Below, in pieces: positions 38,476-52,300 of a stretch of 64,000 bases of DNA (position 1 is the first letter of the stretch; the number at the start of each line of letters is the position of its first letter). Origin of the DNA: Carcharhinus longimanus (taxonomy: Eukaryota); NCBI GenBank assembly GCA_030264375.1, contig JASCQW010000001.1:59352302-59416301 (forward strand), given 5' to 3'. The notes under the pieces were generated by a model. That model did not search any database, was not told the DNA's origin, and worked only from the letters and a program-made list of their open reading frames with translations. Both the position numbers and the translations under genes were made by a program.

Positions 38476-38937
38476 TGGAGTCTTGCAAACAGGTCCTATC
38501 CAACATGATTTATTGTGCTTCAACAGCTTCAAGCAATCAAATATGATTGGGATGAGAGATTTGCAGACATCTTCATTAAATTTAGCAGGATGAGGAAAGA
38601 CACCTTCTAATTCATTATTCATGCCTCACGTCACAAAGACTCAGATCACACCATCATAAACAATACTGATGGGGTCACCATCCATAATTGCTCATCAGGT
38701 ACATGAACACTAAAATATGTTTTCGCCACCTTCTCAAGTAGAAATGGACAGTAAATGCTAGCCTTGCCAGCAATGTTGACATCGCAAGAATTAATCTTAA
38801 AAGTCATTTTATGATTTTAAGCAGGCTTGAAGGGCTGAATTGCCACTCCTGCTCCTAATTCCAATGTTCCTATGCTTCCCAATTCAAAAGTTTGTAAGAT
38901 ATACTCAAAGATTAAATAGCCTTAAAACTGTAATTTA

Positions 38938-39078
<141 letters not shown>

Positions 39079-39189
39079 TTAAGTAAACTGAAATTAGGAT
39101 CACAGAACGTAAAATCCTACAAATGCTCCATTCATAATATCCAAATGTATTATCAGGCTGGGTTTTAAGTCAACAGAAGGAATAACATT

Positions 39190-39492
39190 TAGAATCATAG
39201 AATCCCTACAGTGCAGGAAGAGGCTCTTCAGCTCATCAAGTCTGCGCTGACAACAATCCCACTGAGGCCCAATCCTCGCAACTCCATGCATCCACCCTTT
39301 TAATCCTCCTGATGCTAAGAGGCAATTTAGCATGGCTAATCAACCTAACCTGCACATCCAGTGAAACCGGAGCACCCAGAGGAAACCCACGCAGACAGGG
39401 GGAATCTTGCAAACTCGACATGGTCACCCGAAGCTGGAACTGAACCCAGGTCCTTGGCACTATAAGGCAACAGTGCTAACCAGTGTGCTACA
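39190..39492 (-). mobile_element. V-SINE (HE1-like)
   Basis: Reverse V-core and CATAGAATCCCTACAGTGCAG CR1-type tail. Confidence 0.87.
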
Positions 39493-40453
39493 TACTTGCC
39501 ACTAGCTACGGAGAAAGCTGGCCACAAAGATACAGCAATCTCTGTGATGTATATTTTTCCTTTCTCCACAGGAGGTTCAATCTGATATTGAGGTAAGAAA
39601 ATCTCCAGGCATCCAGCACTCATATCAACAAGCAGAATAAGCAACCCAATCACACTGAATTATCCTCAAAATAGCAAACCAGGAAGTTAAAAGCATTATC
39701 AGTTTTAATTGACATTTTTACATAGTGACATAAATGATGTTTCAATTAAGATAGAAGCAATATGACAGATAAACTTTAAAATATTTTTAAATGTGAAATT
39801 TTTAAAAAATCATAAGAGAAATATAAATTCCACAAATAATTTAACTTCTCAAGACCTATTTAGGAGGTCTGGTGGTATAGCAAGTAGTGTCTCTGCTTCT
39901 GAGCCAGAAGCTCCAGGTTCAAGCCCTACTCAAAGGTAAAAATGGCTAAGGAAGCCATGGTTATAAATGCGCTGAGTATTAATTTGTAAAGCCTTTCAAC
40001 ACATACCAATGGTAGGCAGTAAGAGTAGGAAATAAGAGTAGGAAATATTTCTCGTGGTGGTTTGGTTTAGACCAGTGCCAAAAGCATGGGATTTGATTCC
40101 CATCCTGGCTGGGGTGGACTCGGGGTCTGCCTCCTTCCATTGCTCATGGTGAAGATCATAGTGCTGTGGCTTGGGCCTGCCTTTGGGTTTGGAACTTAAG
40201 ATAAAGAATAAAAGTATTTAGCAGCAATCATGACATTACTATGTTGTTAAAACCTAGTTATACCTCATTCAACAAGGTATACTTTTTCAAGTAGCGAGAT
40301 GAACAACACAAAATATGGAAGCATTTATTAATTCACTATTTACAGATTGAACTCTAGGGGGGACTTCAACAGAGGAGCATGGAATTAGTGACAGCAACTT
40401 ATGGACTTACGCAGGTTTCACTGTCATTATTAGTACAATATTTGGACCCTTAC

Positions 40454-40535
40454 CGCGTGTAGCCTTTACATTTGAGTGGTAACGTCCGAGTGCCTCCTTA
40501 ACAACATAGTTGCATTTTACGAGTTCATATAGTGC
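40454..40535 (-). CDS. MIER3: MIER3 coding exon 9 (ALYELVKCNYVVKEALGRYHSNVKATR)
   Basis: ctccag| acceptor, G|gtaagg donor; 82 nt; ELM2 ALYEL motif. Confidence 0.96.
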
Positions 40536-41709
40536 CTGGAGAGAGTTTTTTAAAGAAGTATTAAATTCACATAAAAAACAATTTCACTATTTTACTTTGC
40601 AACTGAAAGTGGCTAACTCATGGAAGTGTAACAGCAACAAATGATTACCATTTTAGAAACAGCTGCTTTTCTCATACTATAGAATATTTTAAAGAGGTCA
40701 ACTCAGATATTCCTTAAAAAGTTGCATAAATTCTGTCAATATTAATACCAAACCTGTCATAGCTTCCACTGAAATATATCATGCATAAATAAAGAGGAAA
40801 GAACACCATTCACAAGTTTTTGACATTTCAGTCTAGTAATGTTTTCTACAGACCATCTCATTTGCAATAGTATTCATAACATCTCAATTCTTATTTTAAT
40901 TTACAAATAAATATTTTAGAGTGAAACTGTTATGATTTCATTCATTTAGATAAAACTTCTGTAACTCTGCAACTGCAGTGTCACCTCCCCATCCCAAACC
41001 GGGGCACATTTACAATCCTCAGATATTTAATATCCTCAATTTTTACTGCTAAGTAAATTTAAGGGCCAACATCTTGCTTTACACTTTACACTTTTTAGCC
41101 TCCAATAATTGCAGACAGTGCTACTTATTCACCTATTACTCAGTTCCTTAAAACAATTTGGTCAACTCACACCTTCACAATAAGTGTAAACATAAACAGA
41201 AAATATTTCAAGGGTGACTGAAAAAGCTGCTCATTAAGTGAAACATTAAATTAAATTCTGTTATGTGAAGTTTAATATCATTTACCAAATTCCTCAGAAC
41301 GACACCTAGCTCTATTTTCCTCCTCACTAGGTTGATCCCTTATATACATTTTAAGAACTTTTTCCAGTCTTTGCTCTCCACACTTACTTTCCCAGTCTAT
41401 ATTAAGACAATTATGGCCCTCATTATAACATCACAGTTCTCGCAACTTTCTGAAAATTACTCCTCGATATCCTTCCCACTATTTGAAAGTTTATAATATA
41501 CACTTAGTAGTGTAACAGTTCCTCTTTTATTCCTTAGTTCTTTTAGATTCTCTCTTTTAACCCTCAAGGGTTTTTTTTTTACTGTTACACAGTTATTGTG
41601 ACCACTGTCCAACAATCCCTCATTCCCCTTTCTCTTCCATCTTTTCCTGTGGCTAAGAATATTAAATTTCCAAGCTTCCTTATTTGAGTCAAACTCCATT
41701 ACAGGAAAT

Positions 41710-42032
41710 AGAAAACATAGAATCCCTACAATACAGAAGGAGAGGCCATTCGGTCCATCGAGTCTACACCAACCACAATTCCACCCAGGGCCTATACCCA
41801 CAACCGCACACAACTAATCATCCTGATATTATGGTCAATTTAGCATGGCCAATCCACCTAACTCACGCATCTTTCAGATCGTGGGAGGAAACGGGAGCAC
41901 CTGGAGGAAACCCACGCAGGCACAGAGAGAATGTGCAAACTCCACATAGACAATGACCTGAGGCTGGAATTGAACCTGGGTCCCTGGTACTGTGAGACAG
42001 CAGTGTTAACCACTGTGCCACCGTGCCGCCCC
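41710..42032 (-). mobile_element. Full-length V-SINE (HE1-like)
   Basis: Reverse head GGCGGCACGGTGGCACAGTGGTTAACACTGCTG, V-core, CR1-type tail. Confidence 0.9.
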
Positions 42033-42107
42033 CCAAATACAATAATGATGCGATCCATGATGGAATTCTAACTAATTAAGCAGACTTATAAGTAAATAAA
42101 TATTTAC

Positions 42108-42259
42108 CTGTTCATTGTCCCTTACGTGTGTCCCTTCTGGTATGCCACCAACACCTTTCTCATCTGCAGATCTCTTAGTCGCTTCATGCAAGAATTCCTT
42201 TACTGTACTTTCAGGAAGCAAATAGGGAGTCCAAAGTAATTGGTCCTCATTTTCATAGA
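42108..42259 (-). CDS. MIER3: MIER3 coding exon 8 (VYENEDQLLWTPYLLPESTVKEFLHEATKRSADEKGVGGIPEGTHVRDNEQ)
   Basis: ttctag| acceptor, CAG|gtaaat donor; 152 nt; ELM2 DQLLW and DNEQ motifs. Confidence 0.97.
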
Positions 42260-43858
42260 CTAGAAATAAATCACAAGTTACAGTAACTTACTAACAAGCT
42301 TTATTGAATCAAGTACTTTCAATTATATGCAATTAAAAATGCAAAATAGAAAATACTGAGCATTAGGGTTAAGCTGTTGATAAAAGCTCTAAATAGCTTT
42401 TACTTACTGCACAGAAATACTCATCCAGTTTCTATAATTTTACTTTTTAGCATATAATCAGTTTTGTTTTGAAATGTTGATTTTATACATATTTTCCTCT
42501 TTACTGAGCACACTCTAAGTTCTCTGGATTGATGTTACCCTATTATCTACAGTGATTAGAGTGCATGAGGAATATATTGCAAAGGTTTTTTGATCATATT
42601 TCATAAATAAGATTTAACAAGCAACTAAAACAGAATGCAATGGAAATAGCAAAATAATCTTTCACACATTTCAGTCAGAAACATACATATGCCATCCAAT
42701 GGTAATAGTACAGTTGTCATTTTGAAAATTAGTGCTAGAAGCTGGAAGAATATCTTAAACATACAAAAACTTGCACCATTATAGCATCTTTTATGTTGTA
42801 AAGCACTTCATTGGCATGTAAAATTAGAAAAAAAGACCAAAGCCAAAGGAGACATTTGAAAGGGTAAAGACTTCATCAAAAACATCAATTATGAGAAGCA
42901 TCATAAAGGACAGCAGGGAAAAGGCAGAGGTTTAGAGAGGGGATTCCTGGATGTATAGACATGACAGCTAAAGGCATGGCCGTCAATGAGACCATAGAAT
43001 CCCCACATTGCAGAAGCAGGGCAATTGTTCCATTCAGTTTGCACTGACTCCCTAAAAGAGCATCTTACTAAGGCTCATCTCCTGCCATATTCCCAAAATT
43101 CTGACTATTTACCATTGCTAATCCACCTAACCTATGCATCTTTGGACACAAAAAGGACAATTTGACATGACCAATCCATTTAAACCTGCACATCTTTGGT
43201 AGTGTCTAAGTAGTGGACTACAAACTGCAAAGTTCTTAAAGAATTCCAGATCAGGAGAAGGTTACAGATATAGGGAGCACAAAGGCACGGAAATAGTTTA
43301 AATGTAAGGATGAGATTATTCAAATAAAGGCAATTCAGGACCAAAGACTGACGTATGTCTGTGAGCACAGTGGTGATGGGTGAACAGGATCTGGTCCAAG
43401 TTGGAACGCAGTAGCAAAGTGTTGGCTGAGGTTCAAGGGCAGAAGATGGGATGCCAGTCAGCACAGCACCTTCACCGTGAATTACTTCTCATAATGTAAC
43501 AAGTTTACTGACATTATTTCCGAACTGTATTCATTCATAGGGTGCTCAATTTATGTTATGTGAACCATTTCAGGGAGCCAATACCTTGAAGAGGTGGCAA
43601 GGGGAAAAAGCAGTTAGCGCTCGACTTATGCAGATTCCATTCAATGGAGAAACATTATTAAAGGGATTCCCAAAGTTTATGCTAACCAAATGCATACATT
43701 CCATTCACTAAACTAAATATCCAAAAATGAAGAGATCAACAAATAATGGTGATTGAAAGGAAAAAACAACACGTGTCCACAGAGTATTTGTTTGGGTCTT
43801 TGCCTATACAATTGAATTAAGGGCAGATTTTGTATCAATTCATAAAAATGTGCCTTAC

Positions 43859-43931
43859 CTTTATCACCATCTTGGTATTTGCACAGACTGGATGGAATCT
43901 CAGCTTGATACTCTGAACCCACCATTATTTC
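43859..43931 (-). CDS. MIER3: MIER3 coding exon 7 (EIMVGSEYQAEIPSSLCKYQDGDK), start of ELM2 domain
   Basis: atttag| acceptor, G|gtaagg donor; 73 nt; ELM2 IxVGxxYQAxIP motif. Confidence 0.96.
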
Positions 43932-45964
43932 CTAAATAAAGGCAATTTAACAGCAACCATTATAGCCATGCAGCTAACAAAGAATTCTTTTCACAAAGCA
44001 ATGTGGTGATTATACAGGGTCGAGTTTAATGTCAAAAGTACAATAAACTGGACCCTGCCTTCAAAGATGTTAAACAATTTTAATTCAACAGATAGACACT
44101 CTGCTGCTAGTGGTTTACTTTCTGAAAGTTACTCAAGATCTATTTTTATTGTAATTAAGATTCAATTTCAAATTTTTCCCAAATTGTGCTGCAACAGACT
44201 TTGGGTCTGTGATGGGTAGGTTCTTGACTGGTAAGGTGATCAAAGGTTATGGGGAAAGGTGGTGAGAAACTTATCAGCCATGATTGAATGGCAAAGTGGA
44301 CTTGAAGTGCCAAATGGACTAATTCTGCTCCTATATCTTATGGTCTTATGATCTGCAGCATTTTGTTTTTAAATGTAAAAGCCAATATTTTGCCATGCGG
44401 TTCAGTTCTTGAGTTCAGAGTTGTATTCTACAAGAACTCATTTTCAATTCCTTCCATAAGAAATAAAATCATTTTACATGTGACATAACAGTTGAACTCA
44501 AGGAAACAACCTACAAAATAAGTGGAAATTAATATATCAACTATAGGAACCATAAATAAAGTGTAAAATTAAGATATTCATAAAACTTGTTATTTGTCTC
44601 CATTAAAAATCTGTACAGAATTCATTACTAAAATGGAACATTTGAATTCACTGTACTCATGCATAGTTTCATAATTTATCTAACTTATGCATCCCACAAG
44701 CTAATTAATAACTGCTTAAGTATTAAACAAAGCTCCATAACAATGCACAACCATAATTTTATTTTACATTATCCCACAAGAACAAGACAGAATCAGCTCA
44801 ATGAATGTATTGTTAAGCAGCAGTAAATTCAAACTAGACTTAACCAATTTCACTGGCGGTGGAGCACCCTGCGATCATGCAAGGTGCTATCTATATGAAG
44901 TTCCTTTTGCTAGCAAATTAGCTTTTTCCATGATTTGAACTTAGCAAATTGTTATCTGGTCTGTGTCATATCTCAGCCAAACCAGAATAAAATTGAAATT
45001 CAACAGTCTGATACACTGATCCAGGCTAGTGAGGAGAAAACAACATCAACCATCATCCCAGTTTCTATTTGCATCTAGTGACTCATGCTAGATATATGCA
45101 TGTCAGGTGAGGCCAGATCATTTAAGTATTTTGATTGTGACAGGATAGATACACCAAAAAACTCATAAATGAAGCATAACGACTTAAAGTTCCACATCAG
45201 CCATGTGCCTTAGCTCTTATCCAGAAAATGAAAGGAACCACCTTTAGGAGAGAAGTAGCAGTAAGAGAACTAGAAATGTGGGTCACTTCCTCAATGTGAT
45301 TGAATTACACATAACTGCACTTTCCATTCAATAACATTTTTGCTAATACTAAATTTGTTAGATTCACAGGTCATGCAAACTTCAGAAAGGGCATATAGAA
45401 TTATTTGAGTGCTATTAAGTAAATCTTATAGTAAAGCTCTTGTCACTTTTTTCAAGCAAAATAGAAAACTTTTTCATATAACTTTGTTGAATTCAAAAGT
45501 TTCAGACTTTTACAGTGAATCTTGAAGGAAACCCAATGTTGTACATAAGGCTTACAGGGTTTAAGCAAATTTTTTTTGGGAAATATTCAGAACTCCAATC
45601 TTGAAAGAAAGAATAAATGAAAATCTTTTACTGCTTCTTTATGCGGTGATCATCAGTTCTCTTAAGCGATTTAAATAAAATGCAAGACACATCCTTATAA
45701 ATCACAATACCGTTTAGGAACTAAACTTCAGAAACATTTACATAAGAAATTGCAATGTTGTTTCAGATTCACTGCATGAATTAAGCTTACATTTCACCTA
45801 ACCTCTGATGACTAAAAGGCAAAATATAACTTCCACAAACCTTTTTACTAAACATGACAAGATTCTTCAGAAACAGCCATTCTACAGTGTAGCAAATTCA
45901 AAGTGGAACTGATGCAATAACGTACAAGTAAGATTAAACAATTTACATGCTGAGTTTAAAGTAC

Positions 45965-46047
45965 CTTTTTCAAGTCTTCAGGTGGAACACAATCATCTTG
46001 CCCTTCTTCATCTTCAGATTCTTTTTCACCATCAAAGGTAGTGCTTG
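45965..46047 (-). CDS. MIER3: MIER3 coding exon 6 (SSTTFDGEKESEDEEGQDDCVPPEDLKK)
   Basis: atatag| acceptor, AAG|gtactt donor; 83 nt; acidic linker ending PEDLKK. Confidence 0.92.
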
Positions 46048-46339
46048 CTATATGCAAGAAAGTTAAAGACAGTTGTCAGAAAACAGCCATTAAATGNNNN
46101 NNNNNNNNNNNNNNNNNNNNNNNNNNNNNNNNNNNNNNNNNNNNNNNNNNNNNNNNNNNNNNNNNNNNNNNNNNNNNNNNNNNNNNNNNNNNNNNNAAAC
46201 AGCCATTAAATGTATATCAATTTCAAGATATTTGAGACTGAGGCAAATTTTATTCTTCACCAAGAATATTAATTCATTATCAATCAAGAAAAAGTGCTAC
46301 AGACAAGTACAGAATTAATTCAAACAATGAATACTTTTG

Positions 46340-48050
46340 ATTTTTTTCATTTGTTTATTTCATGCAAGTATCACTGACAAGGCCAAGATATACTGTGTAT
46401 CTAATTGCCCTAGGGGTAGTATTGACTTGCCTTCTTGAACTGTTGCAGTCCACTTGGTGTAAGTGCACCCATAGTGCTGTTAGGCAGGATTCCAGGATTT
46501 TGACCCAATAAAAGGGAAGGAAAAGTGATATTATTCCAATTCAGGATGGTGAGAGACTTGGAGGAGAAATTGAAGTTGGTGGCATTCCCACACATCTGCT
46601 GCCCTTGTTCTTCTAGGTGAGAGAAGCGGAGGTTTCAAAACTGCTGTCAAGGGAGGTTTGGCAAGTTGTGCCAGCAGTAGATTGCAACTACTACTAGCAG
46701 TGTATAGTAGTGGAGGCTGTGAATTAAGGTGGTGGATGGGGTTCCAAAAAAGTGGGCTGCTTTGTCCTGGATTACAATGTGCTTCCAGTGTTCTCGGACC
46801 TTACTTCATTCAAACAAATGGATAGTATTCCATCAAACTTTGGATTTGTGCTTTGTAGATGCTGGACAGGCTTTGGGGAGTCTGGAGGCGAGTTATTCGC
46901 TACAGAATTCCCAGTTCTGAATTGCTGCTATAACATAGTATTTGTATAGCTGATCTGGTTAGGTTTCTAGTCAATACCTCCTGGGATGTTGATAGTTGGG
47001 GATTCAGCGATGNNNNNNNNNNNNNNNNNNNNNNNNNNNNNNNNNNNNNNNNNNNNNNNNNNNNNNNNNNNNNNNNNNNNNNNNNNNNNNNNNNNNNNNN
47101 NNNNNNNNNNNNTTGATAGTTGGGGATTCAGCGATGGTAATGCCACTGAATGAAAGGAGAGATTGTTAGACTCTCTCTTATTGGAGGTGCTCATTGCCTA
47201 ACACTTGTGGCACAAATATTATTTGCCACTTACCAGCCCAAATCTGAGTATTGTTCAGATCTTGCTGAATGTAGACACAGACAACTTCAATATCAGAGGA
47301 TTTGGAATCATACCAAACTCTGTCGTCATCGGTGAACATCCCCACTTCTGACCTTATATTGGAGAGAAGGTCACCAATGAAGAACCTGAAGATTGTTGGG
47401 CCTGGTTACTACCATGAAAACTCCTGCAATATTATCCTGGGTGAAATAGTTGGTCTCAACAAACAATCTTTTTTTTAATGTTAGGTATGATTCCAAACAA
47501 TCAAGTGTTTTCCACTATTCTCTTGACTTCAATTTTGCTAAGGCTCCTTGATGCCACACTTGGGTCAAATGCTGCCTGATGTCAAAGACGTGCTCTCATC
47601 TTACTTCTGGAAATACAACTCTTCTGTCCACATTTGGACCCAGGTTGCAATGAAGTTAAGAGTTGAGTGGACCTAGCAGAACACAAACTGAGCATTGATG
47701 AGCAGGTTATTGTTGAGTAACTGCCACTTGATAGCACTGTCAATGATATTTTCCTGATGACAGAGTTGACTGATGTGCGGCAGAAAGTGGCTGGATTGAA
47801 TTTGTCCTGCTTTCTGTCGACAGGATACACCTTTGCAAATTTCCTTTGTTAGGTAGATGCCAATGTTGTAAGTGTACTGGATTAGCTTGGTTAGGGGCGT
47901 GGTTTGTTCTGAAGCAAGTCTTAAATACACTTAAATAAATGATATGGTCAGGGTCTTTGCTGTATCCAGTGCCATTTCTTGATATCCAATTAACTGAATA
48001 CGGACACCTCATGAGAAGACCAAGACGGATCATCCACCGAGCATTTCTGG
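46340..48050 (-). mobile_element. LINE of the 34450-35243 family, reverse orientation, with gap
   Basis: Reverse matches to ATAATGTCAGAATTGGAGATGTTTG (RT region) and to the GGGCAATTAG tail. Confidence 0.75.
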
Positions 48051-48294
48051 TTCCAAATTTGCAGCATTAATGCAGTGTCTTGCATTACTCCACAAATCTT
48101 AAAATAAAACATTAATCTCCAAAGACTTAATCCACTTTACTTCTTTCCTTGTCAATATGCTGTGGTACTGCACACAACAGTCATGATCAGGTGTAGCTTT
48201 TAGGTAAAGCGGGGGATATTTGGACAAGTGTACACCTATGCAATTCAGTCCCCAAATCCAAGTCGTAAATTTCTCATTGTTTATATCCTTTGTG

Positions 48295-48418
48295 TAAACC
48301 AGTCACATTGCAATTATACCTTCCAACAGTAGCAGTGCACCAACTGAGGTCATGTTACAACTGTTAAGTAGCAGTGCACCAACTGTTGGAAGGATGCAAG
48401 TACAGCTTGACTGGTTTA
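48295..48418. mobile_element. Candidate palindromic MITE-like element
   Basis: TAAACCAGTCA...CCTTCCAACAGT and ACTGTTGGAAGG...TGACTGGTTTA inverted blocks; internal 19-bp direct repeat. Confidence 0.55.
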
Positions 48419-49032
48419 AAATCAGCATCATAAACATTAGGAAGCATTTAAGATTTTCAATATGTTATAAATGTTAAATAAATAATGTGGTGAAAAAGAA
48501 ATAGCCTGTGTACTTTTGGAGTACACAAAACAATGAAACAAACATCTTGGATTTCTAGCATTTGAAGAACACCTAAAATGCCTTATTTTTCCAAAGGTCT
48601 TGAAACCATATTTAGCCTTGACAATTCAAGGTTTCTTCTACCTTAGTGACAGCATTAAAATACAGGTTTGAGATTCTTCTTAATGATTGATCTTGTCTGT
48701 AGGAGTTAAATATGAACTTTTTCCATTCTACCTCAAAATTAATTGAGTACATATAGCAACTACCCTCTCTATGACAGTCACAGTTATTATACATTTGGGT
48801 ACCTATATCCCTTACCCCTACTACCTAAAAAGGACAAACCGCCATGAGGAGAAAACTGCAGTTCGCAGACATTACTATTTTTGAGCCAGATAGAGCTATG
48901 CCAATAATTGTGTGAGGAGCAACAACTGTCCATCCCTTTAAGAAAGCATCTAAACCCCATATGCTACTTGCCAAACTGCATGGCTAAAATTAATTTGGCA
49001 TTATGGAAGTCTGTATCCTACTACTATCAACT

Positions 49033-49317
49033 ACGCAGTTGACGTGGTGTATATGGATTTTAGCAAAGCATTTGATAAGGTTCCCCATGGTAGGCTACTG
49101 CAGAAAATGCANNNNNNNNNNNNNNNNNNNNNNNNNNNNNNNNNNNNNNNNNNNNNNNNNNNNNNNNNNNNNNNNNNNNNNNNNNNNNNNNNNNNNNNNN
49201 NNNNNNNNNNNGGAAAGTGGAACTGATCCACTTCAGATCAGCCATGGTCTTATTGAATGGCGGGGCAGGCTCGAGGGGCTAGATGGCCTACTCCTGCTCC
49301 TATTTCTTATGTTCTTA
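49033..49317 (+). mobile_element. Young CR1 LINE (RT start to tail, interior collapsed into a gap) with candidate TSD
   Basis: VYMDFSKAFDKVPHGRLL, then gap, then the same tail as 18004 and 25525; TATCCTACTA at 49014-49023 and 49325-49334. Confidence 0.9.
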
Positions 49318-52300
49318 GTACTAATATCCTACTATTCTGTGGCAAAGTACATGGGAGCTCAATAAAAGTGACAAAAAGGGTAGTTTGCTACCTTCTCTCA
49401 GGTGGCAGAGAGTGTGTAAAGACAAATTAGAACTCAGCAAGCCCTAGTTTTTCTCTTTGCAGATTCAAGCTGGCTTTCTTGGGAAGCAGTTGATAGAGGC
49501 ATTGATATCATTCAATTTCAGATTATTTCTAGATTTACCCAAATAAAATTTCTAAATTACCAAAAACGCCTCCCTTTCTGGCACTAGGGACACAATCCAA
49601 GAGATACCTGTTGATCTTTAGTAAACCAACTTTTCCTCACAGATATCAGATAACGAATTGATATATGCATACAGGACAGAAACATAAATATAGCCTGTAA
49701 AGCAACTACATCCCATTTAATAACTATTAACCCTTCAACACGTTCTCACCAACGTGGATTCTGTTGAATCATTAAATTATCTTCAGGTTCAATAATGAAT
49801 AAAGGAATACAAACTTGGTCCCAAAACTACATTTTTTAAATTTCTGCGTATGTGTGAATGCAATTGTCAACACAGAAGGGGCAATAGTTCAATGATAAAT
49901 AACTGTTTTAATTATTACTGGACTCAAATAGTATCTTAGTTTTCTGGTCAGTTGAGGATTCGCCTTGCACCACTGGAGTATGCTGCATCAGACCTATAAA
50001 CTCTAAGATTTGTTTGCCTACAGCCAAAATATTACCATGTCAAACTAATGCATGCTAATAAGCAGGATGACTACTTCAAGCAATAGCACTGTAGATAAGT
50101 AGGACAGAAAAGATAGCTGCACTCTACCAGTCTTTGCTTGAAAGTAACAGACATCACTGTCTGGGCTCATGATCAATCTTATTTAAGGCTTAAAAAAGCT
50201 CCTGCAATCCCTGAAGTGGAACTTGGCTTGTTCTTCCACTTTGAGTCAGTGGATTGATGAATAAGTATTAGCTATTACTGTTCATATTTCAAAGTCACCT
50301 CAACTTTAAGAAAAAGTATGCAAGTTATAGACGTATATTCTTCATAAATTATTTGGTGCTCATTAACTCGTCAAAATCGAAATTAAGGATATTTTTCATT
50401 CAAAAAGCTTTGCCTCAAACACAATTAATTAATGTATTTAACGTAACTTTGCATACCATTCAACATCCAACAAAGCTTCAGAAAAGCTGAATCAAATAGA
50501 CTTCAAAAAAATATAAGGGAATGGATCCCAATCAAACTTCTTTTAAAGATGTATTCATAAAACCTGCAATAGATTAAGTTGAGCAAGAATTCAAGATGCT
50601 TGAGAACTGAAAAGACCTTAAGACCACGAATCATTGTACACCAGATGACCAGTTTCCATTGGAGATCTAGCTGGTAACCATTGCATTTCATTATCTAGGC
50701 AAGTTTAGTTGGTCCAGTTGATGGGTGTGACTCTTAGGATCAGACACCGACCCTGCAGCAAGTAAAATCAGTGCAGATCTAATCTCAATAATGATCAGAA
50801 GCTTAAATTTTCAAACACTGCAGCGAGCAAAGTCTGCAATTGTTTAGCATCCGACCATCGGAGTTCTGGAAATAGATTCTTGTTTAAAGGTGCAAGAAAA
50901 TGCAATTTGTGAAAGGCCTTCAGTTCACACACATCAGATGTGGGTTTTCTAACCTGACAAGAGCAACTATTATTAGGTCAAAGTTTTTGACGGGAGGCTG
51001 AATTCTGAATCGGAGTATATAGTTTCTGAATCTTCACCTCAAGGTGCAAGCAGTATTACATCCAACAAAACACAAGTGAATGGTCTCAAGATGACCAGTA
51101 GAGAAGATTTTAAACGAAGACGCAAAGAACTCTGCATTTGGGCAAGATAAAAGTAAACCAATCATGTCCAGATTACACAAATGGTTGCTGCTAGCCCTGC
51201 CCCTTATAAAAACATAATTCATAAGACTGCCTATTGTAGAAGTCTGAAAAGAAAGACACAGGTAGAGTGCTAACAGAGGAGGTTCTTTCAAGCTAGTGGT
51301 TAAAAGTGCTTTGCTGATTGGTGTAACGGGAGCTGTGCTCTGCATCTGGCTGTGATCTATAACGCATGGTAATCTTCAATTGCATTAGGTGCCAAAACAC
51401 AAAGATGTTGCATTCTTCTTGAAAGAGCACAAAAATTCACTCTGTTCTTCACCCACAAAGTTATCAGCGCACTGACTCTCAAATCAATGCAGATCCCAGA
51501 CATACCCGAAATAAGGGGTTTAGCCTTCCTTGAAAACCTAATGATCAACATGCTTGTTTATTTGGTTACTCTTTTAATGCAGTCATTAAACATTTATTTT
51601 GGATAGGTTAATGACTGCATCACAGCAGCACAACCTTCAAAATATGCTGTGCTCTATAAAAAAGTAAATTCAGAGGTTTCTCTAGGCAGTGAGAAACCCC
51701 ATATTCTTACAATAGAACTTGTTGTTTGGGGTTCTTGCTGCGACTTGAGGGGCAGTTCTGGAAGTTAACAAAAATGAAAGTGCAGCACAAAAAGGGTATA
51801 AGTTGAGATCAGAGCTGAGGCCGATAGAAAAGTACTTGTTTCAAAAGTTATTTACTAAATGTGAAATCTCAGAAGTTTCCGGCACGTAAATCTCCACAAA
51901 GAAAATCTTTAGCCAATGGGTAAGATAACCCATGAAGGATTGGACAAAGCTCAACATACTAAGTTGGATCCAAAAACCTCCTTTTTTCATCACAAGCAAG
52001 TGGGATTTCTTTGGTGCCTTCAGAAGCTCAGCAACTACAAATACAATGGAGTAAAAATGACAATACTCTCCCCACTCCAGTTAACAACTCAGATTCTGCA
52101 GTTGGGGACAACAATAAAATATGAAGGCACCATTTGAGGATTTCTTGTCTTCTTTTGAATCCAAGTAGCTTAATCTGGTTATGCTGAAAGAGAAAGGTTA
52201 CAAAGCGCCCCATCATGGATGAACTTTCACTTTCAAGTTCCAAGTCTGGCTCATCCTCAAATAAAGGAGTGCATGAACAGGAGCAAATGTCAGCATGAGT

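Noticed and set aside
48328-48385. Repeat-spacer-repeat pattern resembling CRISPR
   Set aside because: Only two 19-bp units, vertebrate intron, no cas genes; better explained as part of a palindromic element.
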